From contig OZ024740.1 in the NCBI GenBank assembly GCA_964016885.1, positions 351,044,001 to 351,108,000 of the forward strand: a DNA stretch of 64,000 nt, given 5' to 3'. Under the pieces are notes generated by a model. It was not told the DNA's origin and made no database searches. It worked only from the letters and a program-made list of their open reading frames with translations. The DNA is from Eledone cirrhosa. Taxonomy: Eukaryota. This document shows positions 1-13,527 of this stretch, piece after piece. Position 1 is the first letter of the stretch; each line of letters begins with the position of its first letter. A program made the position numbers and the translations under genes.

Positions 1-50
1 ACATGCCAATCTATGTTCAGAAGCCCGAGCAACGCCGGGCCATTCTGCTA

Positions 51-243
51 GTTAGCAGTATCGGTGGAGGGTCGGACGCCATGCTTTCCAGCATAGTTAC
101 GTCCCATTACGATCTGAGTTCAAATCCCGCCGAGGTTGACTTTGCCTTTCATCCTTACGGGGTCAATAAAATAAAGTACCAGTAATGCACTGGTTAATTG
201 CTGGCCCTGTGCCTAAAGTAGAAACAATTATTATATTATTATA
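51..243 (+). mobile_element. tRNA-derived SINE, family A (5'-truncated)
   Basis: B-box-like GAGTTCAAATCC, body GACTTTGCCTTTCATCCTTACGGGGTC..ATAAAATAAAGTACCAGT (resembles Deu/Nin-type SINE domain), 3' GTAGAAACAATT(ATT)n; >12 copies in window. Confidence 0.85.
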
Positions 244-340
244 TTACACTCTATCTTGCTCTACACCTCGCCACTGACGTGAACCTAAACATCGAGTGCT
301 CACCTGGGTGAACCTACAGTAACTTTACGTTAAACTCCCT

Positions 341-550
<210 letters not shown>

Positions 551-1076
551 CGACATTTGGTTTGTTTACGAAGCATTGGGGAAATTCAAAAATAACCACT
601 TTTTGGAAAGCCGCCACAATACAAATAATTATAAATAAATAATTGAAAAAGTCGGATAAAGTATCCTTAGAGACAGTTAAAATTTATCAGAAACGCCTGT
701 TGTTTATGATATAGAATTTAGTTTTTCTTTTAAGCTAAAGAGTATTAATGACCACTGAAATCTAACTTTCTAAAAAATATTTCCAGAGTTTCTATTGATT
801 TTCATTTTTAACAAAACATTTTGAAAGACGATATGACGAGTAAAAAAAAGATTTGAAGAAGTAATATTTCAGTGAGAGAAATAATTCATCGGATACAACT
901 ATGGCTTTGGGGTTAATAAGTTCCCTTCGCAACTTGGTAGTTTCGTTCAGACCCTGCTGAATAATACATTGACTAAGTTTCTTCAACTAAAACATTGAGC
1001 TAACAAATACCTTGTGAATGAAATGTAGAAGAAAACGAAGGAAGCCCATCATATATATATATGTGTGTGTGTGTGA

Positions 1077-1108
<32 letters not shown>

Positions 1109-1309
1109 GGGGAGGGGAGAGAGAGATAGAGACCCTGTGTGAGTGCCAGAGAGAAAGTGAGAGACTATCTGTGTGCCTGTGTGAGAAGAAGAGAGAGAAA
1201 GTTAGAGAGACAGTGAGGGAGAGATCATTTGTGTGCATGCACATGTGTGTATGTGTTGTGTGTATGTGTGCGTATACGCGTGTCTTCCTCTGTGTTAATG
1301 TGTATGGTT

Positions 1310-1515
1310 ATAAGCCGCTATAATTATCCTGTAGTATTGAAGAACATAAAAGGAGTATGAACAAACTTAGGTCAAGTTAGCCATTCTATAACTAGAGATC
1401 GATAAAATGAGTACTATAATAATTAGTCAAGTCGATATTATTGACTGAAATTATTTAAAGTGCGGTCTCGCCATGAGTGCAGTCAAATGACTTAAATAAA
1501 TACAAGTATAAAAAG
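1310..1515 (+). mobile_element. degenerate SINE, related family
   Basis: GATCGATAAAATGAGTAC core and GCAGTCAAATGACT 3' region resemble the SINE body; diverged. Confidence 0.45.
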
Positions 1516-2326
1516 AAAATAGTATATAGTATATTGACAAAACTAAGTTTGATCCGAAGAAAACACAAATATTTTTCTAATATTTGACCCAAATTATTGA
1601 GATTTCTAATTTCTTTTTAATGTATGTGTGTGTGTGGGGTGGGGTGTGTGTGTGTGGGGGGGGGGGGGGGGGGGTGATTGCGTATGCTTTGCTTTTATTT
1701 TTATTTTTTTATTTCTATTTATTATTTATTATTTCTTTCCGTGCTCTCTTTCATTGCTCTCAATTACTCAAATCTCAATTCTGCTTGACCTATTACACTT
1801 TCGTTTTCGATTGCTACTTGTTTGTTGCCTAGCAACACCAGGATAATTTTATAAACTTGGATTTATGCATTGATCTGATTTGGCTGATTCTGGACTATTT
1901 TACAAAGTGCCAACATCTTATCTTTCATTTCAATTCTCATTGATTTCGGAATATTTAGATGAAGAAATATCAGATTGTTTACTTTCCTGCGCTTCTTTGT
2001 CATTTAAATAATTGTTATGGTTTTTAATACTTGTTTACTTTTGTAATAACATTCGCGATATTTATTTATGCTCTTTAACGTCCATAGGTCAAATCTTGCC
2101 GAATGCGTTTTTGATTTTTAACATGTTTGGATCCGTTAAAATAAGTATCGTTTAAGTAATGGGGTCCATGTAAGGAACTATATCTCAAACTGTTAGACGT
2201 TGTGCCTATATTAGAAATCTATATTTTCATTTCAATTTTTCCAAATATTCCGTTGCGTTTCGGTTTTTCTGGGGCGTTTTGCCCCATTTTGCTTTTGTGA
2301 TTTGCACACACACACACACACACACA

Positions 2327-2389
<63 letters not shown>

Positions 2390-2400
2390 TGCACACACAC

Positions 2401-2431
<31 letters not shown>

Positions 2432-2585
2432 ATGAAAAATTAGAAATTAGAAGTTAGTATTATACGTCATCAGTCGTATATATATATATATATACGAACA
2501 GAAGTTACGTTTTCTTAGTCGAATTCCACTCCCTTGTCTTTAGATTGGGTTACCTCGGATACGTAACCTTATTACATAAAGATGA

Positions 2586-2662
2586 TGTCTGATGATATTG
2601 CGTGACCGGTTACGTGATTAGACAATCACGTAGCCACGATCGTCATTGAAATATATATCACA
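2586..2662 (+). ncRNA. type I hammerhead ribozyme motif
   Basis: stem I TGT/ACA; CTGATGA 2589-2595; long stem II with hairpin GGTTACGTGATT/AATCACGTAGCC; GAAA-TATATA-TC (palindromic stem III, AUC triplet). Confidence 0.65.
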
Positions 2663-2759
2663 GCTTTGTTAATAAAGGATTCTTTCTCATCTACAATGAA
2701 CTTCTCATTTTCCTTATTCTCTCTCTCTATGTGTATGTGTGTGTGTGTGCGTGTGTTTG

Positions 2760-2800
<41 letters not shown>

Positions 2801-2815
2801 GTTTGTACATGTGTT

Positions 2816-2877
<62 letters not shown>

Positions 2878-3189
2878 TGCGCGCGCTTATATACGTCCAA
2901 GGATTCGAAGAAAGTCTCCAAGCCACGCACCAAAATTGAAACGAAAATAAGTTGATGATAAACATTGCATGGTCGATTTAGACGGCAATCGACTGAAAGA
3001 TCTTGGGATTGCTTCGGCAGCAGTGATCACAAAGGGATACTAAAGCATTGATGATCTCAGGCTAAGACCAAGCTGGGCTAAATAGATATATCATCTTGGT
3101 GAATGTGTGATGTGCTGTCTGTGTGGAATTTATGCAGTTGGTATTGTTAACATAGTGAACGCGAAAATTGCTAACTTAAAAATATTATA

Positions 3190-3620
3190 AAAGAAGACAT
3201 GACAAGGTTTGTATATACCAGCATGTCCCCAAAAGTGTCTTTGGTAACAGAGACAAACCAAAATACTCTGGGACTTCACTACCTAAAGACACCGCAGACT
3301 TTAACACAACAGACCTGATATTGTAGTTACGTTCAGAAATATCTATGAATATCTGATTATTGATTACCATACCAGGAGACCACAACAAAGCTTTGAAAGA
3401 AATTGAAAAATAACAAAAGTATACTGACTCGAAGATTGAAATTGCACAAATACGGCCAATAATACCTACCACCATCAAAATAATTTCTGTTGTCATCAGA
3501 ACTTTAGGTTCAATACTGAGCGGGTATTTGAAGCAAATATACCTCGATTCACAAATAGCTCCCTTACAAAGACTGCCCAGTTGGGTACTGTACATGTACT
3601 GTGTCTCTAGGGCAGTAGAT
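3190..3620 (+). pseudogene. decayed restriction-like endonuclease end of an R4/Dong-type non-LTR retrotransposon
   Basis: Frame-broken ILWDF, HNRPDIVV, LIID, IPGDHN, KEIEK, KYTD..IEIA motifs. Confidence 0.7.
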
Positions 3621-3746
3621 TACCCAGTAATTATCATATTAACAATTCAAAACATCGATAATATAATAATTTCTATTATGTATATAATGTGGGTGTGTGT
3701 GTTTTGTGCGCATATATATATATATACGCACACACACGCACGCATG

Positions 3747-3808
<62 letters not shown>

Positions 3809-3945
3809 CTATTTAAGTAGCTATGCTGTGTTGAGTAGAAATCTACTTGAATACTTTTACTTTTATAACATCGTCTCACACCAACGTCCCTGTTTCTTGC
3901 TCTCGTTTTCTCTTTCTCTCTCTCTTACACTCTCTATTACTGTAT

Positions 3946-4044
<99 letters not shown>

Positions 4045-4737
4045 GGGGGGAGCGAGAAAGAGAGGGAAGAGAGGGAGAGTTAGAAATATAGATATGCATA
4101 CATACATTCATGCATACATAGATAAAATTATGGCAACGACATTTTCAGAGTGGTATTTCGAATATGTGGCATTAACAAAAATATAAACAGAAAAAAAAAA
4201 TATACACACACACATTTTTTAACATTTCTGTACATATGTATATATTGCTTGTACGTTTTAGAATCTTCAAAGCGGCATACATTCTAACATTTGTTTCCTG
4301 TTATTAATAACAGGGCACATCTACCGTCTCTGTAGATGAAGAATAATTTTCGAGAAGAATTTTCAAAGATTATATAATAGAAAACGAAATTCTACAAATA
4401 TATATGTTACGAATTAATAGAGAATGTCAGTTACAGTGATAGTAATAGATTGAATGTATTAACTTTGATAATTGTCTCTAAAAAAAATGTGAGGTAGTCT
4501 ATTTCTATCAATATTGAATAAAACTCCGTCTGTTTCGACGCCGAGTGTTTTAGTTGTTCAGTGACATTAACCTGCATTGCACAGACATGTATGTATGTAT
4601 GTATGTATTTTTTTCGTGCAATGGCCATACTCGACAACGAGGGGGCAGTCATCATCACGTATGTATGTATGTATGTATGTATGTATGTATGTATGTATGT
4701 ATGTATGTATGTATGTATGTATGCTCATGTCAGGTCA

Positions 4738-5310
4738 CCAGTTGGTGCTACTGGTAACATGTATCCCAGGACAACCTGTCTCATGGTCGGGTCGTTGGCG
4801 ACTAAACTGGCAACCCCACCAAGGTTTCTTGGTGGGGAGTGTGACTTTGGACATCCTGCAGGACTAAAACAAAACCTGTCAAATGGCAAAGGAGCTCTTA
4901 AGAGTCAATGGCTATCCAAAATCACCGGGAGAGATGACCACTTAGCCTTTGTCAAGGCAGAATTCTAGGAGAAGGAAAACTCTGATATAACACCTGCAAA
5001 CCTGATGATTTCCAATGTTGACTTCTTTTTGGTAAATATCATCTTTGTGCAGTGCCTTTGCTCACTATAAAGCTTCACGGCACAGGCATTGCTTTATATC
5101 TGGAGATCTCTCTGCACTTGTCGTCACATGGTACCATGGGCCCAGCACTATGTGTCAATAATTGTCACAAGTGTAGTGTTTGTACCAGAGTTTTCAAGTC
5201 GCTGGCTGGACTAAAAAGTCACACTCGTTCAGCGCATCGGTAGGGGTTCTCCTACATGGATATAAAGTAGTGGCCGTACTCGAAAACGAGTTGGCAGCCA
5301 CCATGTACGT
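4738..5310 (+). mobile_element. internally deleted non-autonomous RTE derivative
   Basis: RTE-like 5' head joined to C-terminal CSVCTRVFKSLAGLKSH zinc-finger coding end and 3' GGCCGTACTCGAAAACGAG..GCAGCCACC(ATGT)n; closely similar copy at 44018-44616. Confidence 0.75.
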
Positions 5311-5807
5311 ATGTATCTATGTTTCTGGGTATGTGTATATGATGTGTATATACATGCGTATATACATGTGTGTGTATCTGCGTTCAATGATAGGAGTGGA
5401 CAAACAAATGTACCCTTATCGTAATTGTCGGTGCGATTCAGCTTAATACATTGTGTGATAAGCCTGGGCCTTTCAATTACAGGGACAGTCCACTGGGGAG
5501 CTTCAAAACAGTTTCTATCCACCCAGTTTTCTTCACAAAGCTAGAGACAATCGAATGTAAATGGCAAATAACATGGGTCCATGATGCAACGCAGTGGGAT
5601 TGAACTTTAGACCTTTTGATTAAAAAGCGAACTTCTTAAGCGTTCGGCCCTGGTCAGTCCACTCCTATCATTATACACATACACACATACACACACATAC
5701 ATACACATACATACATACATGCATACATACACACACACATACATACATACATACATACATACATACATACATACATACATACATACATACATACATACAT
5801 ACATACA

Positions 5808-7125
5808 TAGTAAAGAAAATATGGTCATCAGAACTGTCAGCGTACAACAAATACATTGCCCACAATACTTATGCTGTGCCAATTCTAACGCCAACATTTG
5901 GCCTGCTGAACTAGTCATTGCAAGAACTAAGTGAGATGGATGTTAGAACTCGCAAACTTCTCAGTGTTACTGGGAACTTTAACATCAATGGTGATGTGGA
6001 TAGGCTATACTTCTCACGCAAGGAAGGTGGCCGGGGTCTAAAATCAATATTAACAACATATGAGACCCGGATAGTAACACTGAAGCAACACCTTCAACAG
6101 AGGAAAAAGGTTGGCAAACCATCTTGCCCAGGTTTATGAGCATGAAAAAAAAATATCATTAGAATAGCGACTGATCTGGAGGAGAGATATGGAATAAAGC
6201 CTGATATAAATCTCTCACCCAGAGATATCGGAAGATCCTATTCAATGTTCAAACAAGATTAAAAAATTGACCAATTTACAGAAAAAGTTGTGCATGGATA
6301 CTTGAGGCGTAAAACACAGACCATAGAGGGGATAAACCACTCAAAAAGCCTGGCATGGAGTTCCGACAAGTTTATGACATCACACCTTGAGGGATATCTC
6401 TATGCAATACAGGAACAAGAACTCCCTACCAAATATCTGCTGCACAAAACAGGAGGGCCAGCAGCTGACAATAAATGTAGGCTATGTAAAACAAAGATCG
6501 AGGATGTAAGCCACATTGTTGCCAACTGCGAAAGAATGTCATCTCGCTACTACCTCCCCATGAGACACGATGGGATAGCTAGAACCATCTGGAATGCACT
6601 TCGGAAAACAAAATTAACAACAAACGAGGAAGAATATATTGAGACAGATGGCACTAAGGAATACTGGTGGAACCTGAAAATAAAAACTGCCACCAAATTA
6701 AACCGGCCTGATATTGTTGTTTGGGACCACACATTGAAAACGTGTTCTGTTGTGGAGATCAGCTGCCCACTTGATGTAAACGTTGTCAGAAAAATACAGG
6801 AGAAGGAGGACATCTACGGACCATTGATGAGGAGTTTACAAATCCAGTATCCAAGATACGCCTTTAGCTTCATACCCATCATTATTGGAGCTACGGGTTA
6901 TATACCAACCCGCTTGGACCAAAGTATGACTGAACTTGGATTTGCGGACAAAAAGCGCAGCTCCCTAATTCATAGTCTACAAATGGCTGCGATAGCTGGC
7001 ACCTTCAAAATTTGCAAAATATTCTTGCGATTCAAGGGATGACAATTTCTTTTCTTTTACAACCTTGCCACCAGGAAGGTGGCCGGTCAAAAAAAATATA
7101 CTCGAAATTAAGAGAAAGAGATAAC
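5808..7125 (+). mobile_element. 5'-truncated R4/Dong-like RLE non-LTR retrotransposon
   Basis: DVDRLY..RKEGGRGL, AIQEQ, CCHC knuckle CRLC..HIVANC, RHD, NRPDIVVWD, EISCP; stops/frameshift upstream of 6290; flanked by (TACA)n. Confidence 0.88.
6290..7042 (+). CDS. zinc knuckle + PD-(D/E)xK restriction-like endonuclease (C-terminal fragment of LINE ORF)
   Basis: 250-aa open frame with CCHC, RHD and PD..D/E motifs. Confidence 0.85.
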   Translation: MHGYLRRKTQTIEGINHSKSLAWSSDKFMTSHLEGYLYAIQEQELPTKYLLHKTGGPAADNKCRLCKTKIEDVSHIVANCERMSSRYYLPMRHDGIARTIWNALRKTKLTTNEEEYIETDGTKEYWWNLKIKTATKLNRPDIVVWDHTLKTCSVVEISCPLDVNVVRKIQEKEDIYGPLMRSLQIQYPRYAFSFIPIIIGATGYIPTRLDQSMTELGFADKKRSSLIHSLQMAAIAGTFKICKIFLRFKG

Positions 7126-7226
7126 ATACATATATACATACAATACAAATGGTTAAATCTCCGGTAACGAAATCAGGTGGCAGTAGGAAGAAACGTAAAA
7201 GAATCGTAAAAAACGTAAAACAAAGG

Positions 7227-7257
<31 letters not shown>

Positions 7258-8774
7258 TATATATACATACATCCATATGTGTGTTTGTGTGTGTGTGTGT
7301 GTGTGTTTGTGTGTGTGTTTATGTGTGTGTTTGTGTGTTTCTGTGTGCGTTTCTGTGTTTCTGTGTGTGTTTGTGTGTATATACATATGGTTGTAAGTGT
7401 TTGTGTGTAATTTTCTTTGAGATTTGTATAAGAAATGTTTTGTAACATTTAAGTAATAAGACCGTTTTGCTTCTTTTAAGAGAGCGACATAAACATGCAA
7501 GTCTATTACTGCATGATTATATGTAGGGTATATGTACTTGTACTCATATTCTTTGTGAGCAAGTCTCCCTAATGCATAGTTGTTTGGTGTGTGTGTGTGT
7601 GTCTCATTACTCTTTATATATGTACATGACATGCACACGCTTGTGGTTGTGTATTTTTATTAATTCCAGGAAACTCAATCGGAGAATTTTTGGAATGTCT
7701 TGTTAATCTTCACTGTACCACTAGTTGAAGGATTGCGAGGATGGTTGATAGTTTAGGTTCTTCTTTCTTAAACTTCCCAAGAATTTCTAGGTCATTATTC
7801 AAATTGTTAGTTATATATGCTTGCGCGTCTATACAAATGAAAATCTATATTCAGCATATAGGAACTCTAAATCCTGCATTACCTCGCCATATATATTTTC
7901 TTTGTCGTCGATCTCAGATGATATGCTTGTAGTATCACTTTCTCTCTCTTCTCTCTAAGCGTGTATGAATTTATGTGTGTATGCATGAAAAAGTTATTTG
8001 AGTTGTAGCTACTCTAAGTGTTGAATATTAATGATACTTCACGATCTAATCATATCTGGCATTCATGACATTGAGGTAATGTGCGCAGGCACTAAGAATT
8101 ATGCGACATTTAAAAGGAAAACATACCCTCTTAGTTTCGGGGAGACAGAGGGGGTGTTTTTGAGAAACAAAATATAAGCCAGCCATACAATAATAGGAAA
8201 TATGGTTTTAAATTAAAAAAAAAATTTTTTTAAAAACATATAACGGCTGCACCTCTCAGTTTCAAGTATGTCAAACCGAAAAATGTAAGCTTCTGATTCA
8301 GCCTTGTCACATGTCAAACATGTGAGAAGAAAGCAGCCAAATATATTTGAAATATATTCCTGTGCCTGTGAATATTGTACTGCAAACTGACTGAACCTAC
8401 TTAGCTTATCAAGATATTTAACACGAAATCTCAGCTGAAGGTTAAACTAAATGCTGATTTCTGCAGTCAAATCAAGTACAATCACTAACACTCCCCACAC
8501 AGACACAAACACCTACCTCTTAAAAAGATATATTCTTACGTGTACTATTTAAAACAATGGTATTTGAAAGAAAACAACGCGAACACTCAAGATAACATTT
8601 AAACTAAATGCTGAATATCTGTATCAAGTCAAGTACATTGATTCTCTTTAAGAAAGATCTTTTTCGGTTGGCAATCACAGCCCTTTATGTGTAACTCACG
8701 CAGTCTGTTAAGCAACGAAACGGTGAAGCCCTAGAGTCATCTTAGATAAGAGAGTGTTTGCCCTAATAAGTATA

Positions 8775-8960
8775 TAATTGTTTCTACTTTTGGCACAAGG
8801 CCAGCAATTACTCAGTGTATTACTGGTACTTTATTTTATCGACCCCCGTAAGGATGAAAGGCAAAGTTAACCTCGGCGGGATTTGAACTCAGAATGGCAA
8901 GGGCCGTAACTCTATGCGTCGAAGCATGGCGTCCGACCCTCTACCGATACTGCCAATCTA
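8775..8960 (-). mobile_element. SINE family A
   Basis: Reverse complement of the 51-243 body. Confidence 0.88.
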
Positions 8961-10008
8961 CTGTGTGTACGAAGGCAATGGCTGTAAAAATATGATTTTA
9001 CTCAACACTATGCATTGAGTACTTTTTCATAATCGGAATAAACAACGTACGTATATGTGTATATATACATACATACGAATGTATGTATGTATGTAAGTAT
9101 GTATGTATGTATGTATGTATGTATGTATGTATGTATGTGTGTAAGCATGAATGTATGTATGTATGCATGTATGTATGTATGCGTGTCTGTGTACTTTTAT
9201 GCACGTGTGTACTCTTGTGTACGTATGTTCCTGTGTCTGCCAGTATGCATTTGCTGTCCTACAAACAAAATATTTGACAAAAGGATTGCCACCTTTCAAT
9301 TAACCACATAATATAGTAACACAATTAATATTGAAATCAAGGCGATTTAGTAAATCAAAGCTATAAAATGTGTTTATTAAGTTCATTATTACTACGTTAC
9401 ATTAACTGTTCGGAAGCAGTTCTATTTCTCTTTGTCTTCAGACATTCTGAATGAGATTCAAAATTATAAACAACATTTTATAATTTAGCTACTTAATGAG
9501 ATTCTTCAACCTCTTGATCATTAAAATTTCTGACGGGCATGATTTTTATGGGGAAAAAAACACTACACAAATATTTTTCAAATTTTTGTAGTAGCATCTC
9601 TATAAGCTAGACAAATTTATGAGGAGCTCGCATGTTTAAATGGGATTGTTGCATCTTTAAAATAAAGGTCGTCGACATGATCAGCTTTTATGAACATTCA
9701 TTATTTTTTTTTTTTTCAAATGTTAACAAACAATATACTATGACACTTAAATGGAAATATTATTATGAAAATAAAAATTGCTTCTATGGAACTGTCAGCG
9801 TCACGATTATACGTGAACATTATTTAGCTTTGTATGCAAATGCATTTCAAATTAGAAAATTAAATAAGAATAATCATCATGTATGAAGATATTTATAGCT
9901 ATGAGATTAAGGAGATAGCTTTGCAGCCAAGCGGTTCCAAGTTTCGTTTTACTGTGCATAATCGTGTAGACACACATATATATATAATGTATGTATGTAC
10001 ATATGTAT

Positions 10009-10044
<36 letters not shown>

Positions 10045-10249
10045 TGTGTGTGAGTGTGTGTGTGTGTGTGTATTATAAAGGGTCCGACTCTTTACAATAT
10101 AATCATACTCTACTATCCCATCTATCGAGTACTCCGTTGAATAAAGGTCTAACCAGTTTCAAACTGAAACCATCTTGATATGTATACTTATATATATATA
10201 TATATTTTAGGAATAACCAAAGAGTGCTTAGAAATACATTGTTTTATTA

Positions 10250-10294
10250 GCTAACAGTGTTTCATCCATACCCTATGGCAGGAATCATCAGAGC
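10250..10294 (-). ncRNA. type I hammerhead ribozyme motif
   Basis: Minus strand GCT-CTGATGA-TTCC..GGAT-GAAAC-ACT-GTT-AGC. Confidence 0.7.
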
Positions 10295-11049
10295 CTATAA
10301 ACAAGAGTATATCAATAGTTGCATGCTCCATCAAGCTGCGTCATCAGAACAAGGTTAAAGGACCAGCAGGGTGGTCCCCAGGCCAGCGCTATATAGAAAA
10401 AGACACAATACATGACGCACATAATGTCATAAAATGTCATAAAATGTCATAAAAAATTACATCAAAAATTACATTAAAAATGTATCACATAAATGGTACA
10501 ATAGATGATAAGGAGGTTCGGAGAGGGTAGCAAGGAATGAGTGAAGGTGTTACTCAGCATGATCAAAAACAATTAAAAAAAGAACAAAAAACAAAAAAAA
10601 ACAAAGCAAAGCGTAGATACACCAAAGCACAAGCAGTTCAAATACAGGATGTACAGACAGATTAAGAGAGCTTGCAAGCATGAGTCTGCGAGAAGAATAG
10701 TTGGTTAGCGGTGGTGCAGCTTTACATGTATGATTGTCTATAGGAAGGATGGTGCACTCCAGTTATATCGCCTTGTAACAGGTCGATTCTCCTTATCATA
10801 TTAGCACCCTACGAACAACATCCATTGGTTCCAGTTCCGAGTGTTAGGCGAAATAACACTATGTTTCCAAAACATATACCCAGGGGATTTATCCGCATAG
10901 GTGGTCTGCGATAAACACCTAAAATTTAAAATAAAATAAAGTACGATGAGTTGAAGAAAGGTAGGGTATATGTACAGCCGGAACCCCAGTGAGGAAATTA
11001 AAAATACTACAGGTCCGCAATAACTGCCAGCCCCAAAGTCCTCACGTTC

Positions 11050-13500
11050 CAGGCGTCTAACAATGGAATACCACCCTTGTATGGGCTCCGCAAAGACCAC
11101 AAGACAGTCGACGACCCGACAACAGGACCACCAACAAGACCTGTATGCGGAGCAAATATAGCTAGCAACTACAGGATCTCCTACTTCCTCTCAATGGTTA
11201 TACGCCCCATAATGAAGATGTCCCCAGATGTATGTGACAGTACAGAGGACCTCCTCAGCAGAATCAGTTAGTGCAACAAAAACAGGAACTTATCCAACTG
11301 CATAATAGGCAGTATGGATGTGGTATCACTGTACCCATCCATTAACATTGATTTTGCTGTGGAAAAATGTGTGGAGATGATCATTGAGAGTGAGGTGGTG
11401 TTCTGCGACGTCGACACAGACGAACTGGGCCTCCTACTTAGACTTACCTACGACACTGACTACCTAGACAGCCACGACTTTAGACGTTTCTGCCTCAGTA
11501 GACCCATAAGAGGTAGACCCCCTACCATAACCTCAATGGCAAAAAAGACTCCCATGGGAAGGTGGATTGGGTGGACCAAAGGTATACGGACCCCCCCAAA
11601 ACAATGATCAGGTAAGAAAAATGGTCGCACATGCAATAGGAGCTAATATCAAAACTACCCTAAAGGGCCACATATTCAAGTTCAACGAGAAGACCTACAC
11701 CCAAATTGAGGGAGCAGCCATTGGCGTCAGCATAGCTGGTGACGTTGCCAAACTTTTTATGGTATGGTGGGGAAGGAGACTCAAAGATCTCCTTGATGAG
11801 AGCTCCATAGACCTCATCATGTACTCTCGTTATGTAGACGACATCAATATAGTAATAAGGACATCCCCACAAGAGAGCACTAACAGGTTTGATTTAGAAC
11901 GTAGCACAATGGAAAGCATCCAGCAGATAGCTAATTCCATACACCAGAGCATAACTGTAACTATCGACTACTCTTCCAAACACCCTAACAATAGACTACC
12001 TGTATTAGACACGGAACTCTGGATTAACACTATAGACGAGAGAGCCCAAATTCTCCACACACTATGCTAAACCCATGGCCTCCAAATACCTGATACTCAA
12101 AAACTCAGCAATGTCCAGTAGTGCTAAGTTTAATATCCTGATCGCAGACTTGGTACGAGTGATGAAGAACGCGTCCCACATGTGCGACCCAACAGAAATG
12201 GAAAGACACATCCAACACTTCATCAACCGCATGCAGTTCTCTGGCTACAACCAAAGAGACAGAATCAGAGTATACGAAGGAGCCACGGAGAAGTATAAGA
12301 CCCTCATAGAATTGGACATGAAAGGAATTTGCCCATTATACAGGAGCAAATCATGGAATAGCTTAGATAGGACTAGACATAAGATAGGGAAAGCCAACGC
12401 ATGGTACGACAACCAGAGATACCAGAGTGTCATGTTTGTGGACGCTACCCCTCGAGGGAAATTAGCTAACCAGCTAAAGGCCCTGAGAAAGACCCACTTA
12501 AATATTAAGGTGGTAGAAAGGCCAGGAACCACCATAAAATCCCTGATCAGCAAAACCTACCCTTTTAAAAAAACCCACTGTACTAATAGGAAATGTATCA
12601 TATGTAAACCCCCGGATAAGCCCCCGGATAAGTAAACCCCCGGATAAGCTGTAAAACTAGAAACGTAGTGTATAGCATAAGATGTACAGAGGGTACTTGC
12701 AGAAACATGACAACAACATAAATAGGCGAGACAGCTCGTAGCATAAGTGAAAGGATAGACCAGCACTGAGGGGGGGGGGGGGCTAAAAGGACAAAAAAAT
12801 GGTTCAGACGGTAATATAGAAATTAGAATAATATCTAAACATAGAAATGACCCAGCAGATAGGCAAATCAGAGAGGCCAGCGAAATAGAACTTAGAAGGC
12901 CAAGGCTAAATAGAAAAAATGAATGGAATAACAACAACACCCAAACAAACAACACTGACCTAAGAGAAGTATAAATAAATAAATAAATAAATACATACAC
13001 AAGCACAATAACAACAAAAACATATAAACACACACTAGTAAACTAAGATAGAATACAATAACCAATACACAGTCACCCAAACACGAACACACATAAAAAA
13101 ACACTATACACACACGCAAACGCATGAGCAGAGAAGACAAAAAATAAACAAATAAATAAATAAATAAACAGACTAAATAAAGATGGCGTAGGCATACAAT
13201 GCAACGGGAGGAAAAATAATAGCACCACTGACGATGTTGCAGATGTGCAACGAAAGAACCTTGTTAGACTATATATATGTGTTTGTGTCTATATTGTATC
13301 TGTATTTTTGACCGTTGGTCAGTCAATGGTAACATTGAGGACCGAATAAATTAAATTAACCGATATAAAAGACACAGAAGCGAAAACCAACCAAACAGTG
13401 AGTGTGTTCTGTTATTAATTCTGGCAATATTATTACACAAATATGACCCTCCCCAAGTTTAACAATATTTGTTTCGATAAACGATTTCATATCAAAAACC
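11050..13500 (+). mobile_element. Penelope-like element family P1 (5'-truncated, disrupted RT + GIY-YIG)
   Basis: GLRKDHK..RPVC, MDVVSLYPSI, Q.EGAAIG..IAGDVA, YSRYVDDI, LPVLD, CTNRKCIIC linker, NVVYSIRC..IGETARS; stops/frameshifts; hammerhead in 3' UTR. Confidence 0.92.
13224..13266 (+). ncRNA. hammerhead motif in P1 3' UTR (stem I/III imperfect)
   Basis: CTGACGA-T-GTTGCA-GATG-TGCAAC-GAAA. Confidence 0.6.
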
Positions 13501-13527
13501 TTAAGCTATACTCTGACTTTCATATCA

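Noticed and set aside
51-135. tRNA-like A/B boxes in SINE heads
   Set aside because: No cloverleaf; always attached to the SINE body
636-708. TTGAAAA..GAAACGCCTGTT as another U3:A8 hammerhead
   Set aside because: Stems I and II do not pair convincingly
4561-5243. ORFs 4561-4968 and 5052-5243 (C2H2-like) as host genes
   Set aside because: Lie within an RTE derivative duplicated at 44018
10330-11040. Possible coding remnant upstream of the 10250 hammerhead
   Set aside because: No recognisable RT or GIY-YIG motifs in the frames I translated
12610-12650. CCCCCGGATAAG x3
   Set aside because: Local slippage that disrupts the P1 ORF; no sign of function
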